Shown in pieces: positions 35,830 to 35,874 of a stretch of 35,874 nucleotides of DNA. Made by a program: the position numbers and the translations under genes. The DNA comes from a virus. Lineage: Duplodnaviria > Caudoviricetes. Each line of letters opens with the position of its first letter. Within the stretch, counting starts at the first letter, position 1. The notes beneath the pieces are model-generated. The model worked only from the letters and a program-made list of their open reading frames with translations. It had not been told where the DNA came from and made no database searches. Location of the stretch: the IMG/VR virus record IMGVR_UViG_3300017655_000015, positions 1-35,874 of that record, one strand, 5' to 3'.

Positions 35830-35874
35830 TGGCGCGCCCTGCAGGGATCGAACCTGCGACCTACCGCTTAGAAG
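35830..35874 (-). tRNA. tRNA-Arg(TCT), 3' half within the window; probable att core
   Basis: Reverse complement CTTCTAAGCGGTAGGTCGCAGGTTCGATCCCTGCAGGGCGCGCCA shows the anticodon loop CT-TCT-AA, T-arm GGTTCGATCC and encoded CCA. Confidence 0.9.

Larger units (their letters stand above)
1..35874 (+). mobile_element. lambda-like siphovirus prophage, late half, ending at a tRNA att site
   Basis: Complete collinear packaging, head, tail and lysis gene order ending at a tRNA 3' end. Confidence 0.95.

Noticed and set aside
1-35874. CRISPR array or cas genes
   Set aside because: No regularly spaced direct repeats with unique spacers were seen

Overview
This window is the late (morphogenesis and lysis) half of a high-GC, lambda-like temperate siphophage integrated as a prophage, probably in an alphaproteobacterium (inferred from gene families and GC content). 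Gene order on the + strand: late promoter/terminator, HNH endonuclease, lambda-type cos site, terminase small and large subunits, gpW, portal, ClpP-type head protease, decoration protein, major capsid, head-tail connectors, tail tube and a tail chaperone with a -1 frameshift site. Next is an inserted lower-GC module (TerB-like protein, divergent ribbon-helix-helix repressor, Rha/KilAC antirepressor). After it come a 1746-aa tape measure protein, tail-tip and fibre genes (one carrying a metzincin protease domain), a lysis cassette and a beta-helix tailspike. The window ends in the 3' half of a tRNA-Arg(TCT), the likely att site. The most unusual features are: a structured non-coding element present twice (about 13.35 kb and 29.8 kb) that appears to fold on the antisense strand; a protease-bearing tail protein inserted inside a split LamG-like domain; two paralogous unknown receptor-like domains; a G7-frameshifted gene with a TerS-like C-terminus; and an 8-codon mini-ORF coupled to the tape measure start. 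All family calls come from motif recognition by eye, with no database searches.
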